64,000 nt of DNA from the IMG/VR virus record IMGVR_UViG_3300021142_000002, positions 1 to 64,000 of that record; one strand, given 5' to 3'. Within the stretch, counting starts at the first letter, position 1; each line of letters starts with the position of its first letter. The notes beneath the pieces are model-generated. The model searched no databases. It worked only from the letters and a program-made list of their open reading frames with translations, and had not been told where the DNA came from. The position numbers and the translations under genes were made by a program. Below are positions 10,722 to 20,267 of this stretch, piece after piece.

Positions 10722-13700
10722 ATGAATTTACTCTTAAACCCAACATCGTTTAATCTGTGGTCTTTTAATAAAACGACAGGTGGTGTACCATGCTTTACTA
10801 TTTATAAGGACATTGCTCAAAATCCATTTGGAACAGATAATTTAGCTGATTTAATAGTACCCGATATTAATGCCTATGGTGGGTTATATGAGGATATCAT
10901 TCTCCAGCCAAACACTACTTATTGGTTTTCTTTTTACACGTATACGCCGATTGGTAAATATGTTAGTTTTAGTTTAAATCTAACTCAAGGTGTTAATAGC
11001 ATTTACTGGGATTCTAATACAGGCACTACAACAACAGCAACCACCAAGTATCTATCTTCACCCACTACTTTTACTCAAGGTAGTGGCTATACACCTTCTT
11101 ATCAAGAAGCTACTTATAACAATGTAACCTTAACTTTAGTCTCTGGTACGCCACCTTCCGTTTATCCCGTTGCCAATATTAAAGTCATTAATGGTAGTGT
11201 TAGTACAGTTACCATTGTAACACCAGTTACCGGCGGTGATAACACAACTATTTATACAGCTACTAGCAATCTATTAGGTGGGACTGGATCTGGATTTACT
11301 TATAGCGCTAGTACCTCCACTATAATAGGTGGAGGCGGTTATACACCTTTATGTACAACTGTTTATCCTAATGTTACTTTAACTTATGTTTCAGGTACTA
11401 TTGTTACTACCCTACCTACGGCTAACATTACAGTGACTGCAGGTAAAGTGGTTAATGTAGCCTTGGTAAATAATCCAGTCGGTGGGGATATTACTACACT
11501 ATATTCAGTAGCGCCTTCTTCTATTGGTGGAACAGGTAGTGGGTTTAGTATTAGTCATTCTGCATTAACTGGATTAACACCTTATACCAGAATAGTTTGG
11601 AATTTGACTACGCCTAGTACTTTTGTTAATACATCCACTACTCGTGTTACTATTAATATTAGTGCGCCTTACCCGCAAATAGCTAATGCCTCTCAAGTCG
11701 TTATTTGGGGCGGGGTACTGGATACTAGTAATACTGGCTATGTTGAAACCAATATGTCTTATGGCATGTTAGGTATGGATGATGATACTGTACTGAGTAA
11801 TACGGTCTCTATTGATTTAAAGGATAGCTCAGGTAATCTGATTACTACACCATTTGATCCAGCTAGGTATAGGGTACATAATTACAATTTATTGCCCTTT
11901 CCAGACTCTTATGATTTAACTAAATGGACTTATACTAAATCTACTCTAAATACAGTCACTGCATTAAATAATTTAGTAGCAGGTAGTGGTTATGCGGACG
12001 GTGTTTATAATAACGTACAATTAGTTTATAACTCAGGTACAGCTGTTACAACATGTCCTGTTGTAAATATTACTGTTTATAATGGATCAGTATCTTCTGT
12101 TACTCTAGTCACTAATGGTTCTGGCATTACGAGCACTACCACTACCTTTACATGCAGTAATACACTGCTTGGAAATAAAGGATCTGGGTTTAGCATAGCA
12201 GTAGGCACGATTGGTTCTCAAGCTGGATTAACTATTACTAATAGTCTATATGAGAATCCTGGTAATACCTCTAAATTAACTAGCCTAGTCGTATCAGATA
12301 CAGGTAGTTATGGCGGTGTTAGTAAAGCTATTACAGTGTCTGCTGGAGCTACCTATACATTAACCTTTAGTGCTAACAGAATAAATCCTAATGGTAGTAG
12401 CTTTGCACTGCGCTTAAGGGTAAGTATTAATAACTTAAGTACTAATCTTTATTTAAATAATACAGCTACCAGTGGATATCAAACCAATTATGATAACTTT
12501 GTAACCGCAGCAACGGCTTGGACTACTTACACTTATACCTATACTGTGCCTGCTAATATTAGCAGTAATGCAGCTACCTTAGTTGTCTATATGACAGGTG
12601 CTACTAGCATTGTGTTTTATGGGTTTAATAATGTCTTAGGTAATGTACCTATTTCTTATTTAGAGCCTTATTTATTTTCATATAACTTTAATGGTTATGG
12701 AATAGATGATGACTCAGCTAGTGATACCCGCTTCCCATCTATTGATTTATACAACTCTAATCATGAGCTAACAACAGTACCTTTTGACCCTTATAGATTA
12801 GCACAGACTACTTACTTAGGGAAAAACTATTTTCCATGGGGAAATACTATCGGTAAGTTAGTTAACAATGCTTTCTTATATACTGTTAATACAAGTGTTG
12901 GAACACAGATCATTAATGACGTAGCGACGCCGCCTGCCGATATTGTTAATAACCCAGCTTACTTAGGCAATGCTGCTGATCTAATACAAGCGCCTAATGA
13001 TCCTACGTTAATTGGTAGTTATTTTAGCACACCTTTATCTTGGAATCTATTGCCTGCTTTAACTATAGGAAAACAATATGTTATTTCCTGTTGGGTAATG
13101 TCTAAGTACTTACCGTTAACAGGAACTATGTCAGTAAGTCCAGGTGGTAATTGGAATACAGGTTTACAGGTTCAAGGCTCTGAAGGTAATTTAGCTGATC
13201 CATCATGGAAAACATTAAATGGTAGTTATTCTATCATTTTACAAAATGATAGTAATAATGCAGGTTTATACAATGACATGGGTATTCCTAATGTAATACC
13301 TACTAATGAGTTATTGTTTACTAAACGAGCTGACCAAATTAGAGCCATTAGTAATAATGGCTCTACTAGTCTGTTAGTACAAGGCTGGACTAATAGTACC
13401 GTTTATGATATCTCTACAGCAACGAGTCTACCTACTGAAATTGCTAATATTAAATCATCTGTTTTAATCTATCAAGAATTAGCGTATGATCCCAATACCA
13501 GTAGCTACAATTATGATCTATGGGCTAAATATGCTGCCGATTACTCGTATGTAAATGGCAATGGAAATACAATTGTTGCATTAGATTCTACTAAACTAGC
13601 TTCTATTACAGCATGGGCTGTTATTTACCCAATGAAAGATGGTACTAAGGTGGTTAAGATATTCCAGTTCTATGGTACCCTATTTGGGGATACCTGGAGA

Positions 13701-16700
13701 TATCAATCTACTCAGGCTTATAGCCTTTATGACTCTGTTAATCAAGATTTAACTAAGCCCGTAGGCTATGGTTTCTTTTTTACCGGTTATTTATCTATTT
13801 ATGGTGGTATTAGGATTTATGATAATAGTAGTAAGACTACACCTACTAATATCAGTATCCTACCCAATGTCTGGACTAGGGTATCTTTACCATTTACAGC
13901 TACTCTACCTATGAATAACTTAACTCATTTTCTAGATAGACCTGGGAATAATGCAGGACCTTTATTTACTCAGAATACTAATTCCTGGACTATTACAGCT
14001 TTTATGCCTACTAATCCAAATGATGGTATTCATACGCCATGGTCACCTTTATACAGTAGTTATTACATCTATGGAATAATGATTAATGAAGGGACTGTGC
14101 CTTCAGTATATTTTCCTGATCCTTATCAGTTATATGCCTATAGCTTTCCAGGTATTGACTCAGAAGTTTATAATAGCTCACATACACTGCAACATGTTAA
14201 TGGCCCTAGCAAGATAACCTCAGGTGGAATATTAGCTGAAGATGAATATCCTCATCATCACATTGGTATAGATGTAGCAGGTTGTAGTTATTATGGAACT
14301 GCTAAAATATTTCTTAATTTAATGAAGTTAAGTAATGCAAGTCCTGTACTCACTGTAAATGATCCAACTGGCACATGGCCTGCTCAGTCGACTACACTCT
14401 GGAGACTCTATAGATCTTTATCGGTTAATAACATTGATACTTCTAGTAATGTATTAGGTACTCGTCTAATATTAAATGGTGTAGTCTTTACTACGGGTTC
14501 AACGACGATGACTTCCCCTAGTAATAATGGTGATAGTTGGTGGAGTTTTGATCCCACTAATTTAGTTAGATTATTAATTGGCACTAATGTGGCCAACAAT
14601 ACTAAAGTAGTTTCTTTTACTGTTAATAACACGACTAACTTGGTTACTTGGGTAGTTGATACTCCCTTTACAGGAAACAGTAGTGGTCAATATGGTATTA
14701 AGGCAGAGCTTATAGATGATTATACTATTTTGAATTTAGATTCAGATGGTTATCCTAGAAACTTACCGGTTGGTTATTATCTATATTCTTTAGTCTATAG
14801 AACAACACCAATATCATTTTTATTATTTTTAAATCCAGTAGCACAGCTGAATCATCCTATTTTACCAACAGGTTATTATACAGTTACTTGGGATGGCGAG
14901 GGCATTGTTGCCTTAGAGACCGATGTAGCTATTTTACCTAAACAGTATCCTGCCACTTTAATATCTTCTACTTCAAATAGTGCCTTATATTACGTCGATA
15001 CCAGTGGTAGTGCTGCCTTTACTACCTATACTAATATTACCTTAAGTTATAGTAGTGGCACACGGCCTTCTGTAATGCCCGTGGCAACACTTTGTGTGGA
15101 TTACTATGCAAAGTATGTATCAGCAGTTTTTGTGACTACAGCGCCTACTGGAGGCGATGCAAATACTGTTTATACAGTAGATAATACTTTAATGGGTGGT
15201 ACTGGAAATGGCTTTATCTGTAAGATAGATACTAGCAATCATAATAAGGTAACTATCCCTTGGGGTGGTCAAAACTATACGGCTAACACCAAGACATCCG
15301 CTAGTTTTAAATACTATAGAGGCTATGATACTAATGGTAATTTAACACTGCAAGGTTATACTGCTTTAAACTCTGAGACAGGTATTTTTACTATCATTAA
15401 AAGTAGTAATCCTAATAACAATGGAAACTATGTTAGAAATATTAAAGTCTTTGAAACTCAATATGCTGATTTAGTTAATGCTGGTGATATTTTTTATCCA
15501 GATTTTATTAATAGATTAGCTGATTTTAAATGCTTAAGATTTCTAGACTGGATGGCAGGTAATAGCTATCAGTACTTAACATCTATTAATAGTTTAACTA
15601 CTGAGTCTCATGTATCATGGGCTAATGGTAATATGGTGCCCTTATCTGTTATTATTGGCTTGTGTAATTTAGTTAAGAAAGATTGCTGGATTAACATACC
15701 CGTTTATTCCTCGGATGGGGATGCTTATTATTGGTATATTGCTAATCTATTTCAAAGTACTTTAGATCCCTCATTAAGACTTTATATTGAATATGGCAAT
15801 GAGCAGTGGAATGGTGGACTAGGACCTGGTTATTGGATTACTCAAGCGGCTACCTTTTATGGGTATGATAGCACTAAGGTATATTCAAATCCACCTAATT
15901 TGCTATGGTATAATCACATGTTTGCATATGCTATTTTATCTCAAAAAGTATTTAATATCTTTGCTAATGTATTTATCGGCTGTAGGAATAAACTCAATCC
16001 TCCAAGACTATGGGATAATCCTAAGAATCAAAAAAGACGATTATTTAGATGTTTAAGTACCATGCAGGGTAGTCAATCCATTACTTCTCAAATATGGTCC
16101 TTTGCATTGCCTTACTGTACTGCGGACTTTAATATTCCGTATGATGTTATTACACCTGCAGGCTATTATGACATTATAGGTGATGCAACAGTTAATGCTA
16201 ATACGTTAGCAGCATCTCCCAATGAGTGGCCTTGGACTAAAGAAGAATTAGAGCCTATCTTTGCAACCTCTTTAAATAATCAGACTAGTCAAGAAACAGC
16301 AGCAGCAATAGGTATTTTATCCAGTACTATTAGCACTGGCAGTAATGGCGTATTAGGTAGAGACAGTACAGGCGATCTATACAGTCCACTTATTTGTATG
16401 TATGAAGGAGGATTCGGTAGTGCCGGACCTAGCCCTTTAATGCTACAAGCTATTATGCAGTTATGCTTTGAAGAAGATGCACCCACTAACACTGTTTATA
16501 ATCTATCATTACAGCAATTTAATTGGTGGACTAATACCATGTTGCCTATGATGAGTAACTGTGATCTAGATGCCGCTGTTTATAACCAATGGGAAAGTAG
16601 TGTACAGTGGGCATCCAGTGGACAATGGGGTTTATCTGATAAGAGCAATTATACTGATACTCAGTATTATCAATTTCCAAGGCCTAGACTCTATAGTCAA

Positions 16701-16892
16701 ACGGCTGGTAGAATGGGAATGCCTACTATTACTATACCTATTTCACCTAGTAATACATATACGAGTAAACCCATGGTCTATGTTAATAATAGCTGGGTTT
16801 ATATGAGTAATTTTTATATGTATAACAATAGCTATTTTGCTAAAGTAGGTGCGCCTTCTTTAAGTTATTGGAATACATTAGTTTGGAAGTAA
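10722..16892 (+). CDS. Large multidomain virion protein with carbohydrate-binding-like modules and a C-terminal clan GH-A-like glycoside hydrolase domain
   Basis: ATG 10722 after AGGA. CBM-like segments (VSAGATYTLTFSA...WTTYTYTYTVP). Four GGTGxGF-type modules. C-terminal FYPDFINRLADFKCLRFLDWM, WINIP, YIEYGNEQWN and MYEGG motifs. Confidence 0.65.
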   Translation: MNLLLNPTSFNLWSFNKTTGGVPCFTIYKDIAQNPFGTDNLADLIVPDINAYGGLYEDIILQPNTTYWFSFYTYTPIGKYVSFSLNLTQGVNSIYWDSNTGTTTTATTKYLSSPTTFTQGSGYTPSYQEATYNNVTLTLVSGTPPSVYPVANIKVINGSVSTVTIVTPVTGGDNTTIYTATSNLLGGTGSGFTYSASTSTIIGGGGYTPLCTTVYPNVTLTYVSGTIVTTLPTANITVTAGKVVNVALVNNPVGGDITTLYSVAPSSIGGTGSGFSISHSALTGLTPYTRIVWNLTTPSTFVNTSTTRVTINISAPYPQIANASQVVIWGGVLDTSNTGYVETNMSYGMLGMDDDTVLSNTVSIDLKDSSGNLITTPFDPARYRVHNYNLLPFPDSYDLTKWTYTKSTLNTVTALNNLVAGSGYADGVYNNVQLVYNSGTAVTTCPVVNITVYNGSVSSVTLVTNGSGITSTTTTFTCSNTLLGNKGSGFSIAVGTIGSQAGLTITNSLYENPGNTSKLTSLVVSDTGSYGGVSKAITVSAGATYTLTFSANRINPNGSSFALRLRVSINNLSTNLYLNNTATSGYQTNYDNFVTAATAWTTYTYTYTVPANISSNAATLVVYMTGATSIVFYGFNNVLGNVPISYLEPYLFSYNFNGYGIDDDSASDTRFPSIDLYNSNHELTTVPFDPYRLAQTTYLGKNYFPWGNTIGKLVNNAFLYTVNTSVGTQIINDVATPPADIVNNPAYLGNAADLIQAPNDPTLIGSYFSTPLSWNLLPALTIGKQYVISCWVMSKYLPLTGTMSVSPGGNWNTGLQVQGSEGNLADPSWKTLNGSYSIILQNDSNNAGLYNDMGIPNVIPTNELLFTKRADQIRAISNNGSTSLLVQGWTNSTVYDISTATSLPTEIANIKSSVLIYQELAYDPNTSSYNYDLWAKYAADYSYVNGNGNTIVALDSTKLASITAWAVIYPMKDGTKVVKIFQFYGTLFGDTWRYQSTQAYSLYDSVNQDLTKPVGYGFFFTGYLSIYGGIRIYDNSSKTTPTNISILPNVWTRVSLPFTATLPMNNLTHFLDRPGNNAGPLFTQNTNSWTITAFMPTNPNDGIHTPWSPLYSSYYIYGIMINEGTVPSVYFPDPYQLYAYSFPGIDSEVYNSSHTLQHVNGPSKITSGGILAEDEYPHHHIGIDVAGCSYYGTAKIFLNLMKLSNASPVLTVNDPTGTWPAQSTTLWRLYRSLSVNNIDTSSNVLGTRLILNGVVFTTGSTTMTSPSNNGDSWWSFDPTNLVRLLIGTNVANNTKVVSFTVNNTTNLVTWVVDTPFTGNSSGQYGIKAELIDDYTILNLDSDGYPRNLPVGYYLYSLVYRTTPISFLLFLNPVAQLNHPILPTGYYTVTWDGEGIVALETDVAILPKQYPATLISSTSNSALYYVDTSGSAAFTTYTNITLSYSSGTRPSVMPVATLCVDYYAKYVSAVFVTTAPTGGDANTVYTVDNTLMGGTGNGFICKIDTSNHNKVTIPWGGQNYTANTKTSASFKYYRGYDTNGNLTLQGYTALNSETGIFTIIKSSNPNNNGNYVRNIKVFETQYADLVNAGDIFYPDFINRLADFKCLRFLDWMAGNSYQYLTSINSLTTESHVSWANGNMVPLSVIIGLCNLVKKDCWINIPVYSSDGDAYYWYIANLFQSTLDPSLRLYIEYGNEQWNGGLGPGYWITQAATFYGYDSTKVYSNPPNLLWYNHMFAYAILSQKVFNIFANVFIGCRNKLNPPRLWDNPKNQKRRLFRCLSTMQGSQSITSQIWSFALPYCTADFNIPYDVITPAGYYDIIGDATVNANTLAASPNEWPWTKEELEPIFATSLNNQTSQETAAAIGILSSTISTGSNGVLGRDSTGDLYSPLICMYEGGFGSAGPSPLMLQAIMQLCFEEDAPTNTVYNLSLQQFNWWTNTMLPMMSNCDLDAAVYNQWESSVQWASSGQWGLSDKSNYTDTQYYQFPRPRLYSQTAGRMGMPTITIPISPSNTYTSKPMVYVNNSWVYMSNFYMYNNSYFAKVGAPSLSYWNTLVWK

Positions 16893-16929
16893 TTTGTTTT
16901 AACCTTTAATTACCTGGATATTGAAAAAT

Positions 16930-17343
16930 ATGAAAAAATTTATTAAGCTTATGATTATTGCTAATTTTGTTAATTTTTTAGCAAGTTGTTCAGTAACAGA
17001 TTCTCTAATTAAAAAAGAAGAAGCTTTAATTATCCCAACCATTACAGCTATTAATAAAGTAGCTATTGAAACTATCTGTAGTCAACCAGAAGATACTAGA
17101 GTAGTTGCTTTAGTAAATATGGTTAATTCTGAAATTAAACCTAATACCTTAAGTATAAGTTGTCCACAACAAGTTATTAGTACAGTTAACTTACCTACTT
17201 TAAAACCTTTTTCTAAACTACAGTTAACCGCTATTAAAGGTAGTGTATTAACTTACTGTACTGACCCACTATTAGCTGGGGGCATTTTAACAGAAGTCAA
17301 TACTGTACTCAGCCCAATTAGTGTATCTATTACCTGTAATTAA
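16930..17343 (+). CDS. Predicted lipoprotein
   Basis: MKKFIKLMIIANFVNFLAS-C: basic N-terminus, hydrophobic stretch and LASC lipobox. Two internal Cys-pair repeats (TIC...ISC, TYC...ITC). Confidence 0.6.
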   Translation: MKKFIKLMIIANFVNFLASCSVTDSLIKKEEALIIPTITAINKVAIETICSQPEDTRVVALVNMVNSEIKPNTLSISCPQQVISTVNLPTLKPFSKLQLTAIKGSVLTYCTDPLLAGGILTEVNTVLSPISVSITCN

Positions 17344-17353
17344 AATTTATGAG

Positions 17354-17392
17354 GTGAGTTAATACTGTGCCAAAAGGCAGTCTTTAACTCAC
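17354..17392. other. Imperfect hairpin in the 5' region of the 17410 gene
   Basis: GTGAGTTAA...GCC-AAAA-GGC...TTAACTCAC. Confidence 0.4.
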
Positions 17393-17409
17393 TAAATGGG
17401 AATTAATAA

Positions 17410-18078
17410 ATGTCAGAATATAAACAATACATCGGTGTTAAATTAGTAGAAGCTTTTGAAAGAGCAGCGACTGAAGAAGATAGACGCGGTGTACATCCAG
17501 TGGGTGCTCTAGGTTATCAGGTTAAATACCCAGATGGTTATTTATCTTGGTGCCCAAAGGTCGAGTTTGAAAAATACAATCGTCAAGTAAGTGGCTTAAC
17601 CTACGGCATGGCTAATACAGTTACTAAAGAGCATATTGATAGTATTATCATTGACGAGCAATATAGTCGCGTTATAGGTACTACTATCACTCATTGTGCC
17701 TTAACATTGCTAAACGGGTTTGTGGTAACAGGTGAATCGTCTTGTGTTGATGCTACCATTTTTAATAAAGCAATGGGTGAGAAATACGCCAGAGAAAAAG
17801 CTTATGAGAAAATATGGGAATTAGAAGGCTATCTTTTAAAACAAAAAATGTATGAGCAAAACCAAACTTATACCTTTGAAGAAGCGATTAAATTATTAGA
17901 TAGTGGAAAAACAATATCTCCTGTATCTTTTCCTAGCGTATCTTTCTTTAAAGGTATTGCTGGTCCTATCTATGGAACAGCTGCTGGCGAGGAGGCCTAC
18001 TTCATTAACAGAAATAATAAAATAGCTTTATTTAAGCTAGAAGAGTTTGTCAAAGAAGATAAGTATATCGTAGTATAA
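17410..18078 (+). CDS. Fusion protein: YIGxK N-terminal domain + N4 Gp49/Sf6 gp66 family domain + DUF2829-like C-terminal segment (candidate nucleotide-signal sponge)
   Basis: KQYIGVKLVEA...GYQVKYPDGYLSWCPKxxFEK. TVTKEHID...TxCxLTLxNGFxVTGESSCVD...FxxxxGEKYA...IWELEGYLLK. TFEEAIKLLDSGK. Confidence 0.7.
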   Translation: MSEYKQYIGVKLVEAFERAATEEDRRGVHPVGALGYQVKYPDGYLSWCPKVEFEKYNRQVSGLTYGMANTVTKEHIDSIIIDEQYSRVIGTTITHCALTLLNGFVVTGESSCVDATIFNKAMGEKYAREKAYEKIWELEGYLLKQKMYEQNQTYTFEEAIKLLDSGKTISPVSFPSVSFFKGIAGPIYGTAAGEEAYFINRNNKIALFKLEEFVKEDKYIVV

Positions 18079-18094
18079 AAACGTTCTAACAATG

Positions 18095-18139
18095 TATCAG
18101 ATGCGTTAGATACTCAAAAGGTATCTAACGCATCTGATA
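18095..18139. terminator. 19-bp inverted repeat with 7-nt loop
   Basis: TATCAGATGCGTTAGATAC-tcaaaag-GTATCTAACGCATCTGATA. Confidence 0.7.
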
Positions 18140-18158
18140 TGTTCCTAATTTAAGAGAC

Positions 18159-18800
18159 TTGATTATGAAAAAGTTAATCGGATTATTAATCCTACTGTTT
18201 AGTAGTGCTGTCTTTTCAGCACCTATACAGAAATCAATAACAACGAAGAAACAACATAGTAGTCACGTCGTATCTTTTATAAAGAATGAAAGCAAAGTGA
18301 CAGAAGTACTTTCGATCTTTAATGCCAATAAACAATACGATGATTCATTTAAACAGTCGAGTAACCAATATTCACTTGACTATCGGCTACTCAAAGTAGT
18401 CTGCACTGTAGAATCAAAACTAAAGTATGATGCAGTATCTAAAGAAGGTGCAATTGGACTTTGTCAACTTATGCCAAAGACTTGGAATAACATAAAGAAA
18501 ATCAGTAAGAAGAAATTAAATAAAATAAAAGATCCTCATCAATCTATTCATGCAGCTGCCACTTATTTTAATTATTTAGATAATTTTTGGAGAAATATAG
18601 ATAATAAAGAAAACCGCATTAAATTAGTTCTGGCGAGTTATAATGCTGGGGAAGGTAATATATCCAGATCTAAGAAAAAATGTCGTAGTGGCGATTACAG
18701 AGCGATTATGGGGTGTTTAAAGAGCTTTACTAGTAAGAAATCTGAAGAAACTAAAAATTATGTAGATTTAGTAATGAGTAGTTATTATAGGGTGATTTAA
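18159..18800 (+). CDS. Lytic transglycosylase (SLT domain) with N-terminal signal peptide
   Basis: Catalytic VES, AVSxxGAIGLCQLMPxT, ASYNAGEG and ETxNYV motifs. N-terminal MKKLIGLLILLFSSAVFS-A. Confidence 0.85.
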   Translation: MIMKKLIGLLILLFSSAVFSAPIQKSITTKKQHSSHVVSFIKNESKVTEVLSIFNANKQYDDSFKQSSNQYSLDYRLLKVVCTVESKLKYDAVSKEGAIGLCQLMPKTWNNIKKISKKKLNKIKDPHQSIHAAATYFNYLDNFWRNIDNKENRIKLVLASYNAGEGNISRSKKKCRSGDYRAIMGCLKSFTSKKSEETKNYVDLVMSSYYRVI

Positions 18801-18823
18801 AACAAAAAAAAAACGAGCATAAT

Positions 18824-18853
18824 CCATACAGTGATCCTAGGATCACTGTATGG
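18824..18853. terminator. Perfect loop-less 30-bp palindrome between convergent genes
   Basis: CCATACAGTGATCCT|AGGATCACTGTATGG, A-tract and CATA on the left, TATGTTT on the right. Confidence 0.8.
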
Positions 18854-18861
18854 TACTATGT

Positions 18862-19467
18862 TTACTTTAAGTTATAATTAAAATCTCTAGCAATCATATT
18901 TTCTGACTCCATTAGTTCCTCTGAACTATGGGGCAATTTAAGTAAGTTACAATCTTCTGTAATCCACACTTCATTCTGCCCAATAGATAAATCACGATAT
19001 ACTGTGGTAACCCAATATCTAACATTGATGGTATTAAGACCCACTTCCAAAACAGGTTCAGCAATACGAACTAGCTGGCGTTCATTTTCTTCATATGCTA
19101 ATTCACTGTTTTTAAATCTAATGTATTTATTAGTATCAATAGTTATTATACCTTTAGTTTCAATATTAACTTCAGGTTCAGCGCTAACTGTCTTTGGCCC
19201 ATTTGTTAATTTAGCCTTTAAAGTAGATTTCAATTTTTCATATAAATCTTTTTGTTCCTTATCAGTGATGAGCTCTAGCGCATCTTCATGGACTATCAGT
19301 TCCAAAGAAAACATTTCTTCATTTGTACAAGAATGTCCATGGGTTAATGTAATCGTGGTATGCACTCTGCATGACTTATCAGCTTTTTCTTCAACTAATC
19401 CTGGAATAATACCATAAACACAATGGTAATATTTAACCTTTGATAATTCTTTAATTATTTTTGCCAT
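18862..19467 (-). CDS. Hypothetical protein
   Basis: 201-aa ORF with a strong AAGGAG RBS. Confidence 0.6.
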   Translation of the reverse strand: MAKIIKELSKVKYYHCVYGIIPGLVEEKADKSCRVHTTITLTHGHSCTNEEMFSLELIVHEDALELITDKEQKDLYEKLKSTLKAKLTNGPKTVSAEPEVNIETKGIITIDTNKYIRFKNSELAYEENERQLVRIAEPVLEVGLNTINVRYWVTTVYRDLSIGQNEVWITEDCNLLKLPHSSEELMESENMIARDFNYNLK

Positions 19468-19553
19468 TTTCTTTCTCCTTTAAATTTTAAACGGTTTTAA
19501 TTCAATTTCATACTGCCTTACACTATCTAACTTTAATAATTTCTTGATTATTA

Positions 19554-20267
19554 TCATTTTATCTTCTTGATTAAATTCTTCCAGTTATCTGTTTTCACAG
19601 GTTCCTTAACCGGCTTAGTTTTATTATACAGTCTTGGAAAAGAATTTCTACTAACTGAAACTTGATAACCATCCCAGGTTGTGATAACCTCTTTATATCC
19701 AGCGTTAATAGATGAGCCTTGAGAATAGCTACTGTAGGAGTCTATTGTGACAATAACTGGTTGATAATAATTGGCATATAAACTAAGAGTATTCATCACT
19801 CCTTTTACTCTATTTAATTCAAGAGGATTAGCAAGGTAATACATTGCTTTAACAAACCCTAATGCTTTAAAGGGATCATTAATTATATACTCTTCAGAAT
19901 CAGATTTTTTAAAAAAAGAATACTGCTTTAACCTAAAGTACCTATTGGATAATAGGTTATTTGCAAACCCAATATACAGCTCAGCAAATCTTTCTGCGTC
20001 AATATCATCTTCAACAAAATAGAAATCCGGAGGCGGCATATCTTTAACAGTCTGTCTTGTTTTGAGTCTATGAATATTTAATAGACCATTTTCAACATCG
20101 TGTTTGTTTAACGATATCATAAAGGGCAACAGTTTTGTTTCATAAAGAGAATTCGGATAATCTTCTTTGCTGATAAATAGAGTTTTATTGGTTAGTGTAG
20201 CAGGCTCTTCCAACATTAACTTTGTTATTCGACTACTCATTGTGCTGAGTTCACTGGCTGTCGGCAT
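19554..20267 (-). CDS. Hypothetical protein
   Basis: 237-aa ORF overlapping the upstream gene in an operon. Confidence 0.6.
   Translation of the reverse strand: MPTASELSTMSSRITKLMLEEPATLTNKTLFISKEDYPNSLYETKLLPFMISLNKHDVENGLLNIHRLKTRQTVKDMPPPDFYFVEDDIDAERFAELYIGFANNLLSNRYFRLKQYSFFKKSDSEEYIINDPFKALGFVKAMYYLANPLELNRVKGVMNTLSLYANYYQPVIVTIDSYSSYSQGSSINAGYKEVITTWDGYQVSVSRNSFPRLYNKTKPVKEPVKTDNWKNLIKKIK

Noticed and set aside
5627-16806. Short antisense or alternate-frame ORFs inside fibre genes (e.g. 5627-6013, 6260-6481, 7889-8311, 14408-14632)
   Set aside because: Shadow ORFs from codon bias of the long sense genes; no recognisable motifs.
43-16892. Diversity-generating retroelement acting on the tail fibres
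   Set aside because: No reverse transcriptase in the window. The repeat pairs checked are identical or differ at non-adenine synonymous positions (2161 vs 6930), unlike TR/VR pairs.
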